Source: Bacillota bacterium (GTDB taxonomy: Bacteria; Bacillota; Sulfobacillia; Sulfobacillales; JAIMBI01). Taken from it: a stretch of 62,508 nt of DNA. Both the position numbers and the translations under genes were made by a program. Positions within the stretch are counted from its first letter, which is position 1; each line of letters opens with the position of its first letter. Under the pieces are notes generated by a model. The model was not told the DNA's origin and ran no database searches. It worked only from the letters and a program-made list of their open reading frames with translations. Shown here piece after piece: positions 26,723 through 35,228 of this stretch. The DNA lies in NCBI GenBank assembly GCA_021795575.1, contig JAJYPH010000002.1, positions 1-62,508 of the forward strand. The letters run 5' to 3'.

Positions 26723-27862
26723 GTGGACTTTGAACTGACGTCCGATCAACGGGGACTCCGCGAATGGGCGCATGGTTTTGCTGAACGCGAAATGCGCCCG
26801 GTGGCGGCACGGTACGACGAATCCGAAGAGATGCCCTGGGAGGTGCTGGCCAAGGCGGCGGAGGTGGGCCTGCTTTCGTATTTCATTCCCGAGACCTACG
26901 GCGGGGGGGGCGTCGAGCGCCTGTTGGACCTGCTCGTCATCCACGAGGAACTTTTCTGGGGCTGTGCCGGGATTGCCACCGCGATGGGTGGCGTCGGTCT
27001 GGCGTCCATCCCCATCATGGAGCTGGGGAGCGAGGCCCAGCGGCGCCAGTGGCTGCCGCTCTTCTGCGATCCCCACCATCCGCGCCTGGGCGCCATGTGC
27101 CTCACGGAGCCGCAGGCGGGGTCGGACGTGGTGGCGCTGGCCACGCGGGCTGAGCGCCATGGTGATCACTACGTGCTGAACGGCACGAAGACGTTCATCA
27201 CCAACGGCGGCATCGCGGACGTCTACGTCGTGTTTGCCCGCACGGATCCGGCGGGGGGATACGGTGGCGTCTCCGCCTTTGTGGTGGATGGGCACACACC
27301 GGGTCTCACTGGGGGCAAGAAGTTCAAGAAGCTGGGGCTTCGCGCCAGCCATACCGCCGAAGTGCACTTCGACCAGGTTGAGGTGCCGGAGGCCAATCGG
27401 CTGGGCGAGGAAAACGCGGCGTTCCTGGGCGCTATGAAGATGCTGGAACATTCACGGCCATCCGTCGCGATTGCGGCGGTGGGGGTGGCCCGCGCCGCGT
27501 ACGAGTATGCCTTGGACTACACCCGGGGCCGTGTGCAGTTTGGCCGGCCCATTTATTCCAACCAGGCGGTCTCGTTCCCGCTGGCCGACAGTCTGACGAA
27601 GATTGAGGCGGCGCGGCTCCTGGCGTACCGCGCGGCCTGGCTCGCGGACCACCAGCAAAGCTGCCAGCTGGAGGGGTCGATGGCCAAGGCCTTTGCCGGG
27701 GACATGGCCATGGAGACGGCCACCCGGGCCGTGCAGCTCATGGGGGGGTATGGCTACATGCGCGACTACCCGGTGGAAAAATGGTTTCGCGACGCGAAGA
27801 TCATGAGCATCTACGAAGGGACGTCGGAGATTCAGCGCCGGGTCATGACGGGCCTGATGTAA
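26723..27862 (+). CDS. Acyl-CoA dehydrogenase
   Basis: 379 aa. CLTEPQAGSD, FITNGG and the C-terminal YEGTSEIQR signature are present. Confidence 0.93.
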   Translation: MDFELTSDQRGLREWAHGFAEREMRPVAARYDESEEMPWEVLAKAAEVGLLSYFIPETYGGGGVERLLDLLVIHEELFWGCAGIATAMGGVGLASIPIMELGSEAQRRQWLPLFCDPHHPRLGAMCLTEPQAGSDVVALATRAERHGDHYVLNGTKTFITNGGIADVYVVFARTDPAGGYGGVSAFVVDGHTPGLTGGKKFKKLGLRASHTAEVHFDQVEVPEANRLGEENAAFLGAMKMLEHSRPSVAIAAVGVARAAYEYALDYTRGRVQFGRPIYSNQAVSFPLADSLTKIEAARLLAYRAAWLADHQQSCQLEGSMAKAFAGDMAMETATRAVQLMGGYGYMRDYPVEKWFRDAKIMSIYEGTSEIQRRVMTGLM

Positions 27863-27919
27863 GAACCTCCCGAGAACGAGTAGAGTGTCTCTGGGCAAGT
27901 TGATGCGAAGGGGAGTGGC

Positions 27920-28255
27920 GTGGTGGCACCGGAGAACGAGAGTGGGCTGGTGGCGGGCCTGCGGGAGCGCCTGGCGGGCAAGTCGGCGGAACAGCTGGCC
28001 GGATCCCTGGGCGTGTACCAAGTGTGTCTGACAGGCGACGGGGGCGGGGACTACGTGCTGCGCATCACCGACGACGGTGCGGCGGTGGAGCGGGGCACCG
28101 CCGACGATCCTGGGGTCACGGCCACCATGACGGCGGAGGATTTTTCCGCCATGGCCGAGGGCCGGTTGAACCCCATGACCGCTTTCATGTCCGGACGGCT
28201 CACGATTGCCGGGTCCATGGCCCTGGCCATGAAGCTCGCCGGCCTGTTGGGCTGA
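27920..28255 (+). CDS. SCP2 sterol-binding-domain protein
   Basis: 111 aa. ...TMTAEDFSAMAEGRLNPMTAFMSGRLTIAGSMALAMKL is the SCP2 C-terminal signature. Confidence 0.8.
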   Translation: MVAPENESGLVAGLRERLAGKSAEQLAGSLGVYQVCLTGDGGGDYVLRITDDGAAVERGTADDPGVTATMTAEDFSAMAEGRLNPMTAFMSGRLTIAGSMALAMKLAGLLG

Positions 28256-28256
28256 C

Positions 28257-29396
28257 ATGGGCGAAGCGTATTTGGTTGACGGCGCCCGCACGCCGTTTGG
28301 CCGGCGCGGTGGTGCGCTGGCCCACCTGCGTCCCGATGATTTGGCCGCCGTGCCGCTCACCACGGTGGTGGAGCGGACCGGCATCGACCCCGGCGCCCTG
28401 GACGACGTTCGCCTGGGGGTCAGCACCCAGGTGGGTGAGCAGGGGCTAAACCTGGGCCGCCTGCTCCCGCTGGTGGCCGGGCTTCCGGACACCGTGCCCG
28501 GCGCGACGGTCAACCGCATGTGCGGGTCGAGCCTGGAAACCTTCAATCAGGCTGCGCAAGGCATCATGGCGGGCACGTATGACCTCATGGTGGCCGCCGG
28601 GGTGGAGTCCATGTCGCGGGTTCCCATGATGTCGGACGGGGCGGGCTTAAACGCCCGGCTACTGCAGCGCTACAACATCGTCCCCCAGGGACTGTCGGCG
28701 GAACTGATCGCCGAGCGGTGGCACCTGGACCGCGATGCGCTGGACGCCTTCAGCCTAGAGAGCCATCGGCGGGCGCTGGCCGCACAGCACGCCGGCCGAT
28801 TCGATGCCGAGGTGGTTCCGGTCCCCTCCGCCGAAGGCGGGGATGCGGCCCCGGTGCAGCGCGACGAGGGCCCGCGGGCAGACACCTCCCTAGAGAAGCT
28901 GGCCACCCTGAAAACGGCATTCAAGGCCGACGGCGTGGTCACTGCCGGCAACTCCAGCCAGCTGACGGACGGGGCGGCGGCCCTGCTGCTGGCCTCAGAG
29001 CAGGGGCTGGCCACGCACCATCTCACGCCCCGCGCGCGCGTGGTGGCCATGGCGCTCTCGGGGGTGGACCCGGTGATTATGCTGACGGGCCCGATACCAG
29101 CCACCCGACGGATTTTCGACCGTACGGGCCTCACGCTCGAGGACATGGACGTGGTCGAGATCAACGAGGCGTTCGCGAGCGTGGTCTTGGCCTGGGGGGC
29201 CGATATGCACCCCGACTGGTCTCGGGTCAACCCTAACGGCGGAGCGATTGCCCTGGGACACCCATTGGGTGCCTCCGGGGCGCGGCTGGTCCTGACCGCT
29301 CTGCACGAACTGGAGGAACGCCGGGGGCGCTATGCGCTCATCACCATGTGCATCGGATGGGGAATGGGGATCGCGACGATTATCGAGCGGGTGTGA
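28257..29396 (+). CDS. Acetyl-CoA C-acyltransferase (thiolase)
   Basis: VNRMCGSSL (active Cys), NEAFA, GHPLGASGAR and CIGWGMG motifs. Confidence 0.93.
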   Translation: MGEAYLVDGARTPFGRRGGALAHLRPDDLAAVPLTTVVERTGIDPGALDDVRLGVSTQVGEQGLNLGRLLPLVAGLPDTVPGATVNRMCGSSLETFNQAAQGIMAGTYDLMVAAGVESMSRVPMMSDGAGLNARLLQRYNIVPQGLSAELIAERWHLDRDALDAFSLESHRRALAAQHAGRFDAEVVPVPSAEGGDAAPVQRDEGPRADTSLEKLATLKTAFKADGVVTAGNSSQLTDGAAALLLASEQGLATHHLTPRARVVAMALSGVDPVIMLTGPIPATRRIFDRTGLTLEDMDVVEINEAFASVVLAWGADMHPDWSRVNPNGGAIALGHPLGASGARLVLTALHELEERRGRYALITMCIGWGMGIATIIERV

Positions 29397-29415
29397 CGGA
29401 CCCGTGTCCGCCAGA

Positions 29416-29447
29416 GCCAGCCTCGCTGCCGGGACGGCGAGGCTGGC
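29416..29447. terminator. Stem-loop between convergent genes (11-bp perfect stem)
   Basis: GCCAGCCTCGC-N10-GCGAGGCTGGC followed by TATTGTG. Lies between the thiolase (+) and the anti-sigma gene (-). Confidence 0.5.
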
Positions 29448-29484
29448 TATTGTGCCGTGACCCATCTGCGACGGCTAGCGCTGC

Positions 29485-30888
29485 TTAGCCTACCGGCTTG
29501 GCGGGGGCGGCCGAGGGCACGAACACAAACCAGCCATGCGGGCTGCTGGCCACCACTTCGTTGACCCCAATACCCATCAGCAGGTTGGGGGGCTGTCCGC
29601 CGCTGCCCCCGGGGATGGCGGGCAGCGCCTGCCACGCGCCGGCCTGCTGGATGTATCGGTACAAATGTCCGGCCGGGCCGCTGTACAGGAGGTTGCCGTT
29701 GCCGTTGGCGGTGAGCGCGCCGGTGCCCGCACTGTTGGGGGTCGGGGTGGACAGAATGCTCCAGGCCCCGGTGGGGGGGCTGTACTGCTCCACTAGTCCC
29801 GGCGGCCCCGGCAGGAACGCCGCCACCGCGCCATTCGGTTCCAGCGCGAGGCTGGTGGGACTCGACCCGTTGGGCCACGGGGTCGCCATAGGCGTCCAAT
29901 GGTGACCGCCATCGTTGGACAGGAGCAGCGGACCGACACCGCTCGCGCCTGAGCTGGGCGCCAGTAGCACGACGATGCGGGATCCGTCAGGGCTCACGGC
30001 AAACGTGGACACCACAAAGTTTTTCGGCGGGGCGTAGAGGGTCCGCCACGCGCCGACCGGGGTCCACACGCGAATGACGCCCCCAGCGAGGACCCAATAT
30101 TCATTAGCCACCGCGACGGTTTGGAGCACGGGGACCCCCGGAAGAGCAATCGGCGTCCAACTGGCCCGCAATCCACTGCGCACGTAAAGATACTGCGTCC
30201 CCCCCGCATCCTCGGTGAGCAGGAGGCTATGCGTCGGATCTGACGGCAGGGCGGCAATCTGACTGCGCACCACGTTGACGCCGGGCGCCGTGGCCCAGTG
30301 GCTGGCCGGTCCGTCCAGCACGGCCCACAGCGGCCCCGACGTCACGTAGGCGTAGGGTCCCGCGGCGGTGAACGACGTGAGCGCCTTGTTGCTGCCCGCC
30401 TGCCAGCGTCCGGTCGCCGGCGTCAGCATTTTCGCCGGCGATATGTTTTGCATCTGATGGTTGAGCGTGTCCCACACCGCGGCCGAGTGACGGAATCCCA
30501 CGGCCATCGTGCCGGACGGGGTCTTTACCGATACCACCGCATCGGTGAGCGTCCCCTGCCATTTGAGCCGGCCCAAATAGGTTGTTTCGTTGGCTTCCGC
30601 GCTGGCGGCACTGGCATAGGCGGGCACAATGGCCGACGGCGCCAAGCCTGGCCACGGGCTTTTCACCAGATGATGGCCTGCACTGGCGGTCGGCGCCGAC
30701 GAGTGGAGCAGGAGATGCGCTACGTTCGGCCGCGAGGCTGCTCCGACGCCCAGCAACAGCAAGGCGGCCGCGCTGGCCTTCCAAGCGAACGGCAACGCGC
30801 GGATCCCGCGGCGCCGCGGGCGATGAGCCGAGGGACTCCACCGTGGGTCGAACTCCAGATGCAGACGGGAGAGCGACTCGTCCAGCAT
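29485..30888 (-). CDS. Membrane protein with extracytoplasmic Asp-box/BNR beta-propeller-like domain, probable anti-sigma factor
   Basis: Short cytoplasmic N-terminus, one TM (AAALLLLGVGAA) and a large external domain containing LLLSNDGGHHWT (Asp-box). It lies directly downstream of an ECF sigma gene. Confidence 0.6.
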   Translation of the reverse strand: MLDESLSRLHLEFDPRWSPSAHRPRRRGIRALPFAWKASAAALLLLGVGAASRPNVAHLLLHSSAPTASAGHHLVKSPWPGLAPSAIVPAYASAASAEANETTYLGRLKWQGTLTDAVVSVKTPSGTMAVGFRHSAAVWDTLNHQMQNISPAKMLTPATGRWQAGSNKALTSFTAAGPYAYVTSGPLWAVLDGPASHWATAPGVNVVRSQIAALPSDPTHSLLLTEDAGGTQYLYVRSGLRASWTPIALPGVPVLQTVAVANEYWVLAGGVIRVWTPVGAWRTLYAPPKNFVVSTFAVSPDGSRIVVLLAPSSGASGVGPLLLSNDGGHHWTPMATPWPNGSSPTSLALEPNGAVAAFLPGPPGLVEQYSPPTGAWSILSTPTPNSAGTGALTANGNGNLLYSGPAGHLYRYIQQAGAWQALPAIPGGSGGQPPNLLMGIGVNEVVASSPHGWFVFVPSAAPAKPVG

Positions 30889-30927
30889 GAGACCCAGCGG
30901 GTCCCCGGGTTTCCGTTCGTCCTCCAG

Positions 30928-31446
30928 CTACCTCACCTCCTCCCGCACGATGGGCTCCAGGAACGGACGCAGATGCTGCCGCGCCCGAAACAGGCGCGTC
31001 TTCACCATCTGCTCCGAGAGGCCGAGCGTCTCGGCCGTGTCCTTCAACGATTGGTCAAGGTAGTAAAAGAGCAGAATCACCTGGCGCTCGACCGGCTTCA
31101 GATGCCCGACGGCTTCATACACCGCGAGCGCCTGGTCGCGATCCGGGCCGGCCGGGGCCCCGGCACGCAAATCTTGAGGATCCACGCTGTCTTCCGGGTG
31201 CCGGTGGTGGTAGCGCATCCGGTCCCGGCACAAGTTCAACACGGTTTGATACAGCAGGGCGGGCGACAGCGTGTCCGCTCCGGCACGCAACGCGTGCCGC
31301 CACAGCCGGTAAAACGCTTCCTGCGCCACATCCTCGGCCTCGGTTCGGTCATGCAGGGTCACAAAAGCCAGACGCAAAGCGCGATCCCCGTTTTGCGCCA
31401 CAAAATCTGTGTAGGTTTGGTCTACGCCGCCGCCCAGCTTGGCCAC
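30928..31446 (-). CDS. ECF-type RNA polymerase sigma factor
   Basis: 172 aa. Region 2 (AEDVAQEAFYRLWRH) and region 4 (SLKDTAETLGLSEQMVKTRLFRARQHL). Confidence 0.9.
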   Translation of the reverse strand: MAKLGGGVDQTYTDFVAQNGDRALRLAFVTLHDRTEAEDVAQEAFYRLWRHALRAGADTLSPALLYQTVLNLCRDRMRYHHRHPEDSVDPQDLRAGAPAGPDRDQALAVYEAVGHLKPVERQVILLFYYLDQSLKDTAETLGLSEQMVKTRLFRARQHLRPFLEPIVREEVR

Positions 31447-31580
31447 CTACCCTCCGTGCACCACAATATCGATAACGCCTGGTGCTGACTCTATGTTACA
31501 CTATGGACGCTCGGTTTGTCTTGTTTCGGGGACCGATGCGGGCCGGAAAACTTTGCGGGCATCGCACGAAAGGGGCGTTC

Positions 31581-32513
31581 ATGGTGGAGCGGTCCCGTTC
31601 CCAGCACGCGTCGCGGGCGGCCGCGCTGGCCAGCGCGATCGCGGTGGCGGCCGGCTTGTTCGCCCTGAAGGTAGCCCTCGCGTGGTTCGGGGGCAGTTTG
31701 ACGCTGTGGAGCGATGCGGGCCACTCGCTGGCCGACATGGTCTTCATGGGGTCGGCCTACATGGCGGCCCGCATCGCCGTCCGGCCGCCCTCGCCGGTGA
31801 TGACCTGGGGTTACCCCCGGGCCGGGGTCCTGATCGGTCTCTTGTCCGCCTTGGCGCTGGTGGTGCTGTCTGCCGGCCTGCTGGCGGAGGCGTGGCTGTC
31901 GTGGCTCCATCCCGCCCGGCCGGTGGTCTGGACCATGGTGGTGGGAGGGGCGGTGGGTCTGGTCGCCAACCTCGCCGTGGGCCGCCGCGTGCGCCCGCAC
32001 GAAGCGCACGGGCACCAGGACCTGAACCTCAGAAGCGCCTGGCTGCACCTGGTGGGCGACGCGGCCACGTCGCTCGCGGTCATGGTGGCCGGAATTGTGA
32101 TTTGGTGGACGGGATTTCTTCGGGCGGACGCGATCGGTGCGGCCGGCATCGCGGTGGCCATGGCCGCCAGCAGCATTGGCATCGTGCGGGATGCCTGGCG
32201 CGTCCTGATGGAGGCGGCGCCCCGGGATGTGTCTTTGGATGCGGTGGCCGCGGCCATGGCCGCGACCGAGGGGGTGGAGTCCATCCACCACGTGCATCTC
32301 TGGGCGATCACCCCGGGCGAGTGGGCGCTGTCGGCCCACGTGGAGGTGAGCACCGCCCGGACCCTGCGCGATGGGCAGGGGGTCATTCGCACATTGGACG
32401 AACGGCTCCGTGAGGGTTTTGGCATCCATCACGCCACGTTGCAGCTGGAAGTCGCGGGGGACAGCGACCCGCGCCGCCATGAGCACCGCGTGGGGCAGCC
32501 CGACGAGCAGTAG
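31581..32513 (+). CDS. Cation diffusion facilitator family transporter (CzcD-like)
   Basis: GGSLTLWSDAGHSLADM (HxxxD), LHLVGDAATS and the C-terminal cytoplasmic domain (VESIHHVHLW...HATLQLE). Confidence 0.88.
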   Translation: MVERSRSQHASRAAALASAIAVAAGLFALKVALAWFGGSLTLWSDAGHSLADMVFMGSAYMAARIAVRPPSPVMTWGYPRAGVLIGLLSALALVVLSAGLLAEAWLSWLHPARPVVWTMVVGGAVGLVANLAVGRRVRPHEAHGHQDLNLRSAWLHLVGDAATSLAVMVAGIVIWWTGFLRADAIGAAGIAVAMAASSIGIVRDAWRVLMEAAPRDVSLDAVAAAMAATEGVESIHHVHLWAITPGEWALSAHVEVSTARTLRDGQGVIRTLDERLREGFGIHHATLQLEVAGDSDPRRHEHRVGQPDEQ

Positions 32514-32574
32514 ACTGGGCGCGACGACGCGCGCGGACAACCGACGAGGCGGAAGCGAACAGGGGGACGGTCAG

Positions 32575-33072
32575 ATGGCCAAGGACAATTCGTTTGGCGT
32601 GGTATCCGAGCCGGACTGGGGCGAGCTCACCAACGCGGTGGACCAGACGCGGCATGAGGTGGCCAGCCGCTACGACTTTCGCGGTCAGGATGTGGAGGTG
32701 GCGTACGACCGAAAACAGCAGCACATTGTGCTGGATGCGCCGGCTGGCATGGTGATGGACTCGCTGGTGACCACACTGGAACAGCGCTGCGCCCGCCGGG
32801 GCGTGTCCCTGCGATTTCTGGACAAACAGGAACCCGAGCGGCATGGCATGGATCGGGCCCGCCTGACGATTCGGATCAAGAGCGGGATCGAAACCGAGGT
32901 GGCCAAGAAGATTCAGCAGGCGGTCCGGGCGCTGAAGCTCAAGGTGGACACCCAAATTCAAGGCGACGCGCTCCGCGTGAGTGGCAAGAATCGCGATGAC
33001 CTGCAGGCCGTCATACGCGGGCTGGAGGCCCAGGACTTTGGCATCGAGCTGGCGTTTACCAACTATCGGTGA
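32575..33072 (+). CDS. yajQ: YajQ-family nucleotide-binding protein (UPF0234)
   Basis: MAKDNSFGVVSEPDWGELTNAVDQTRHEVASRYDFRG... and ...QDFGIELAFTNYR are typical. Confidence 0.88.
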   Translation: MAKDNSFGVVSEPDWGELTNAVDQTRHEVASRYDFRGQDVEVAYDRKQQHIVLDAPAGMVMDSLVTTLEQRCARRGVSLRFLDKQEPERHGMDRARLTIRIKSGIETEVAKKIQQAVRALKLKVDTQIQGDALRVSGKNRDDLQAVIRGLEAQDFGIELAFTNYR

Positions 33073-33105
33073 AAGACGGCCGGGACCGGCGCCGACTGGA
33101 GGGAG

Positions 33106-33573
33106 CTACGACGGGCCGCGGGGTGTCTCCCCGCGCGCGCAGTCGGCGCATCGGCCGTGAAACACGACGGCCACGGTCTGGACGGCAAAGCGTCCCCGAT
33201 CGTCGGCAGAGAGCGCCAGCGATCCGAGGCCCACCGGCGTCACATCAAACCAGCGTCGACAGCCTTCGCAGAAAAAGTGGTGGTGGGGCACCAGTTGCAC
33301 ACCAAACAACGCGCTGCCGTCGTGCCCGCGCAGCTCTTCGACCAGGCCCACCCGGGTCAACTCGGCCAAGATATTGTAGATGGTGCCGCGCGCCAACTCC
33401 GACAGCTGGGCACGCAACGCCTCGTGCAATTCGTCGGCACTCCAGTGCCGGCCCACGTGCTGCAGCATTCGGTCCAGCACCAAGCGGCGCTGCGGGGTGA
33501 CCCGGAGCCCTTTGGTGCGGAGCCACGCTTCGGCAGACAACTGTTCCATCGGCATCGGTGATGCGGCTTGCAA
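33106..33573 (-). CDS. Fur-family transcriptional regulator
   Basis: GLRVTPQRRLVLD..., TIYNILAELTRVGLV, HHHFFCEGC...GRCADC. The TTG at 33573 has a well-spaced GGAAGGAG; the ATG at 33555 is the alternative. Confidence 0.85.
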   Translation of the reverse strand: MQAASPMPMEQLSAEAWLRTKGLRVTPQRRLVLDRMLQHVGRHWSADELHEALRAQLSELARGTIYNILAELTRVGLVEELRGHDGSALFGVQLVPHHHFFCEGCRRWFDVTPVGLGSLALSADDRGRFAVQTVAVVFHGRCADCARGETPRGPS

Positions 33574-33841
33574 CGAAGCGAGCTCCTTCCTAATCCACCG
33601 CACGCCCTCGCGTGCCGTCTCGGTCCCAGCCACCCAGGACCCACCGAACCCACGGCCCAAGTGGGCCGTCCCCATCAGCGGCACGGTGCTCTGGTGCCAG
33701 TGTACCACGGGCATTCGGCGCTCCGCCGGCGTGGCCGTGCGTCGCTGCCGCTATTTGGGCGAAGGAGTTCGGGGCGGCGCGGCGAAGTGGACTAACCACG
33801 GGTCGAAGGGGAAACCAGCAGGGCAGGACGGAGGGGTGCAT

Positions 33842-35104
33842 ATGGAGCAGCGGCCCGCGGGCAGCAACCCGCGCTGGCTTTGGTGGGTGGCTGGCCTCAT
33901 GATGGCCAACGGCACGTATGGCCTGACGGTCATGGGGGTCCTCATTGGCCCGCTCAAGGATCTCTGGAGGCTTGGCCCGGTCGCCGAGGCCCTATTGGCG
34001 TCGGCGGCCATCGCGGGTACGGTCGTGGGCAGTCTGGCCGCGGGACTCCTGAGCGACCGCTACGGCCGGCGGGGGGTCATGGTGGTGTCGGCGGCCGTCA
34101 TGCTGATGGCCACGGCGGCGTCGGCCGTGTTTCTGACCTACCCCGCACTCGCGTCCTCCCGCTTTGTGCTGGGGATGGGACTCGGCGCCGATTTCGCCGT
34201 CATGCTGCCTTACGTAGGGGAGCTGGCCCCCCGGCTGTCCCGTGGCGGCTTGATGGTCCTGGTGATGTGGATCGGCGACCTGGGGCAACTGCTGGCGTAC
34301 GCGTCCGGGCTCACCGTGCACAGTGTGGGGGACATTCGCCTCGTGTTGGGCGCGGGCGGCCTGTTTCTGCTGCCCACCCTCGCGCTTCGGTGGCGGCTTC
34401 CCGAGTCTCCGCTGTGGGCGCGGCGGCGCCCCGACAATGTGCGGCAGATTTCCCGGCAGCTGGCCCGGCCGTACCGCCCGGCGCTGGTGCGGGCGGCGGT
34501 GCCGTGGTTTCTTCACCAAATTACGGGCCAGGGGCTTGGGGTGTTCCTGCCCCTGTTGATGGTGGCCCTCGGGTCTGGTGGAGGCGACCTCGCGTCGGTG
34601 GAAACCAAGGGGGTCGCGCTGGTGGCCGCCTGGTTCACGATTCGCCTCATTGACCGCTGGGGCCGCCGGCCGCTCCAGATCTGGGGCTTCGGGCTGCGCG
34701 CCGGGGCGCTGGCGCTTTTGGGCCTGGGCGCGCTGGTCACCCGGTCGCCGGCCGCCTACTGGTCTCTCTCGCTGGTGGCGCTGGCGCTGGCAGCGGGCGC
34801 GTTCGGGCCGGACAAAACGACGGTGGTGCTGGCCGCCGAGTCGCTGGGCACCGGTGTACGGACAACGGGGCAGGGGGTGTGCGAAGCGGTCGGGCGCCTG
34901 GGCGGGGCGCTGGGCGTGTTCCTCGTCGGCATCTTGCTGGCCAACCATCAGCTGGCGCTTGGCTTGCTGCTCATGGCCAGTGCGGCGGGGGCCGGTGCGT
35001 GGGTCACCGGCCGGTGGACGCCGGAAACGGCCGGTCAGGGCCTGCCTGAGGCCCCGCCGGGCACACGTCCTCCTGCAGCGCGGGCGCAAAGCGCCTGTCG
35101 CTGA
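33842..35104 (+). CDS. MFS transporter
   Basis: 12-TM pattern with the MFS loop motif LSDRYGRRGV. ATG at 33842. Confidence 0.8.
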   Translation: MEQRPAGSNPRWLWWVAGLMMANGTYGLTVMGVLIGPLKDLWRLGPVAEALLASAAIAGTVVGSLAAGLLSDRYGRRGVMVVSAAVMLMATAASAVFLTYPALASSRFVLGMGLGADFAVMLPYVGELAPRLSRGGLMVLVMWIGDLGQLLAYASGLTVHSVGDIRLVLGAGGLFLLPTLALRWRLPESPLWARRRPDNVRQISRQLARPYRPALVRAAVPWFLHQITGQGLGVFLPLLMVALGSGGGDLASVETKGVALVAAWFTIRLIDRWGRRPLQIWGFGLRAGALALLGLGALVTRSPAAYWSLSLVALALAAGAFGPDKTTVVLAAESLGTGVRTTGQGVCEAVGRLGGALGVFLVGILLANHQLALGLLLMASAAGAGAWVTGRWTPETAGQGLPEAPPGTRPPAARAQSACR

Positions 35105-35228
35105 CCCGATGAGAACCCCCACCCACGGTCGGGCATCAAAAAATTGGGCGCACGCCGGCTCGACCCAACAGCCATGCTAGGCATGACGTGGCGCGACGCA
35201 CGTACGCACGGGCGGTGGGGTGGCGGAC

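Noticed and set aside
31505-31527. GAAAC...CGTC as the autoregulatory ECF promoter of the first sigma factor.
   Set aside because: The spacing between GAAAC and CGTC is only 13 nt, whereas ECF promoters normally have 16-17 nt.
31500-31580. Structured leader before the CDF (czcD-like) transporter as a NiCo/czcD-type metal riboswitch.
   Set aside because: A 6-bp stem (CGATGC...GCATCG) and a duplicated TGCGGGC are present. However, the leader is only about 75 nt from the putative TGTTACACT -10 box, shorter than I recall for that riboswitch class, and I cannot recognise its conserved junction nucleotides. An Rfam scan is needed.
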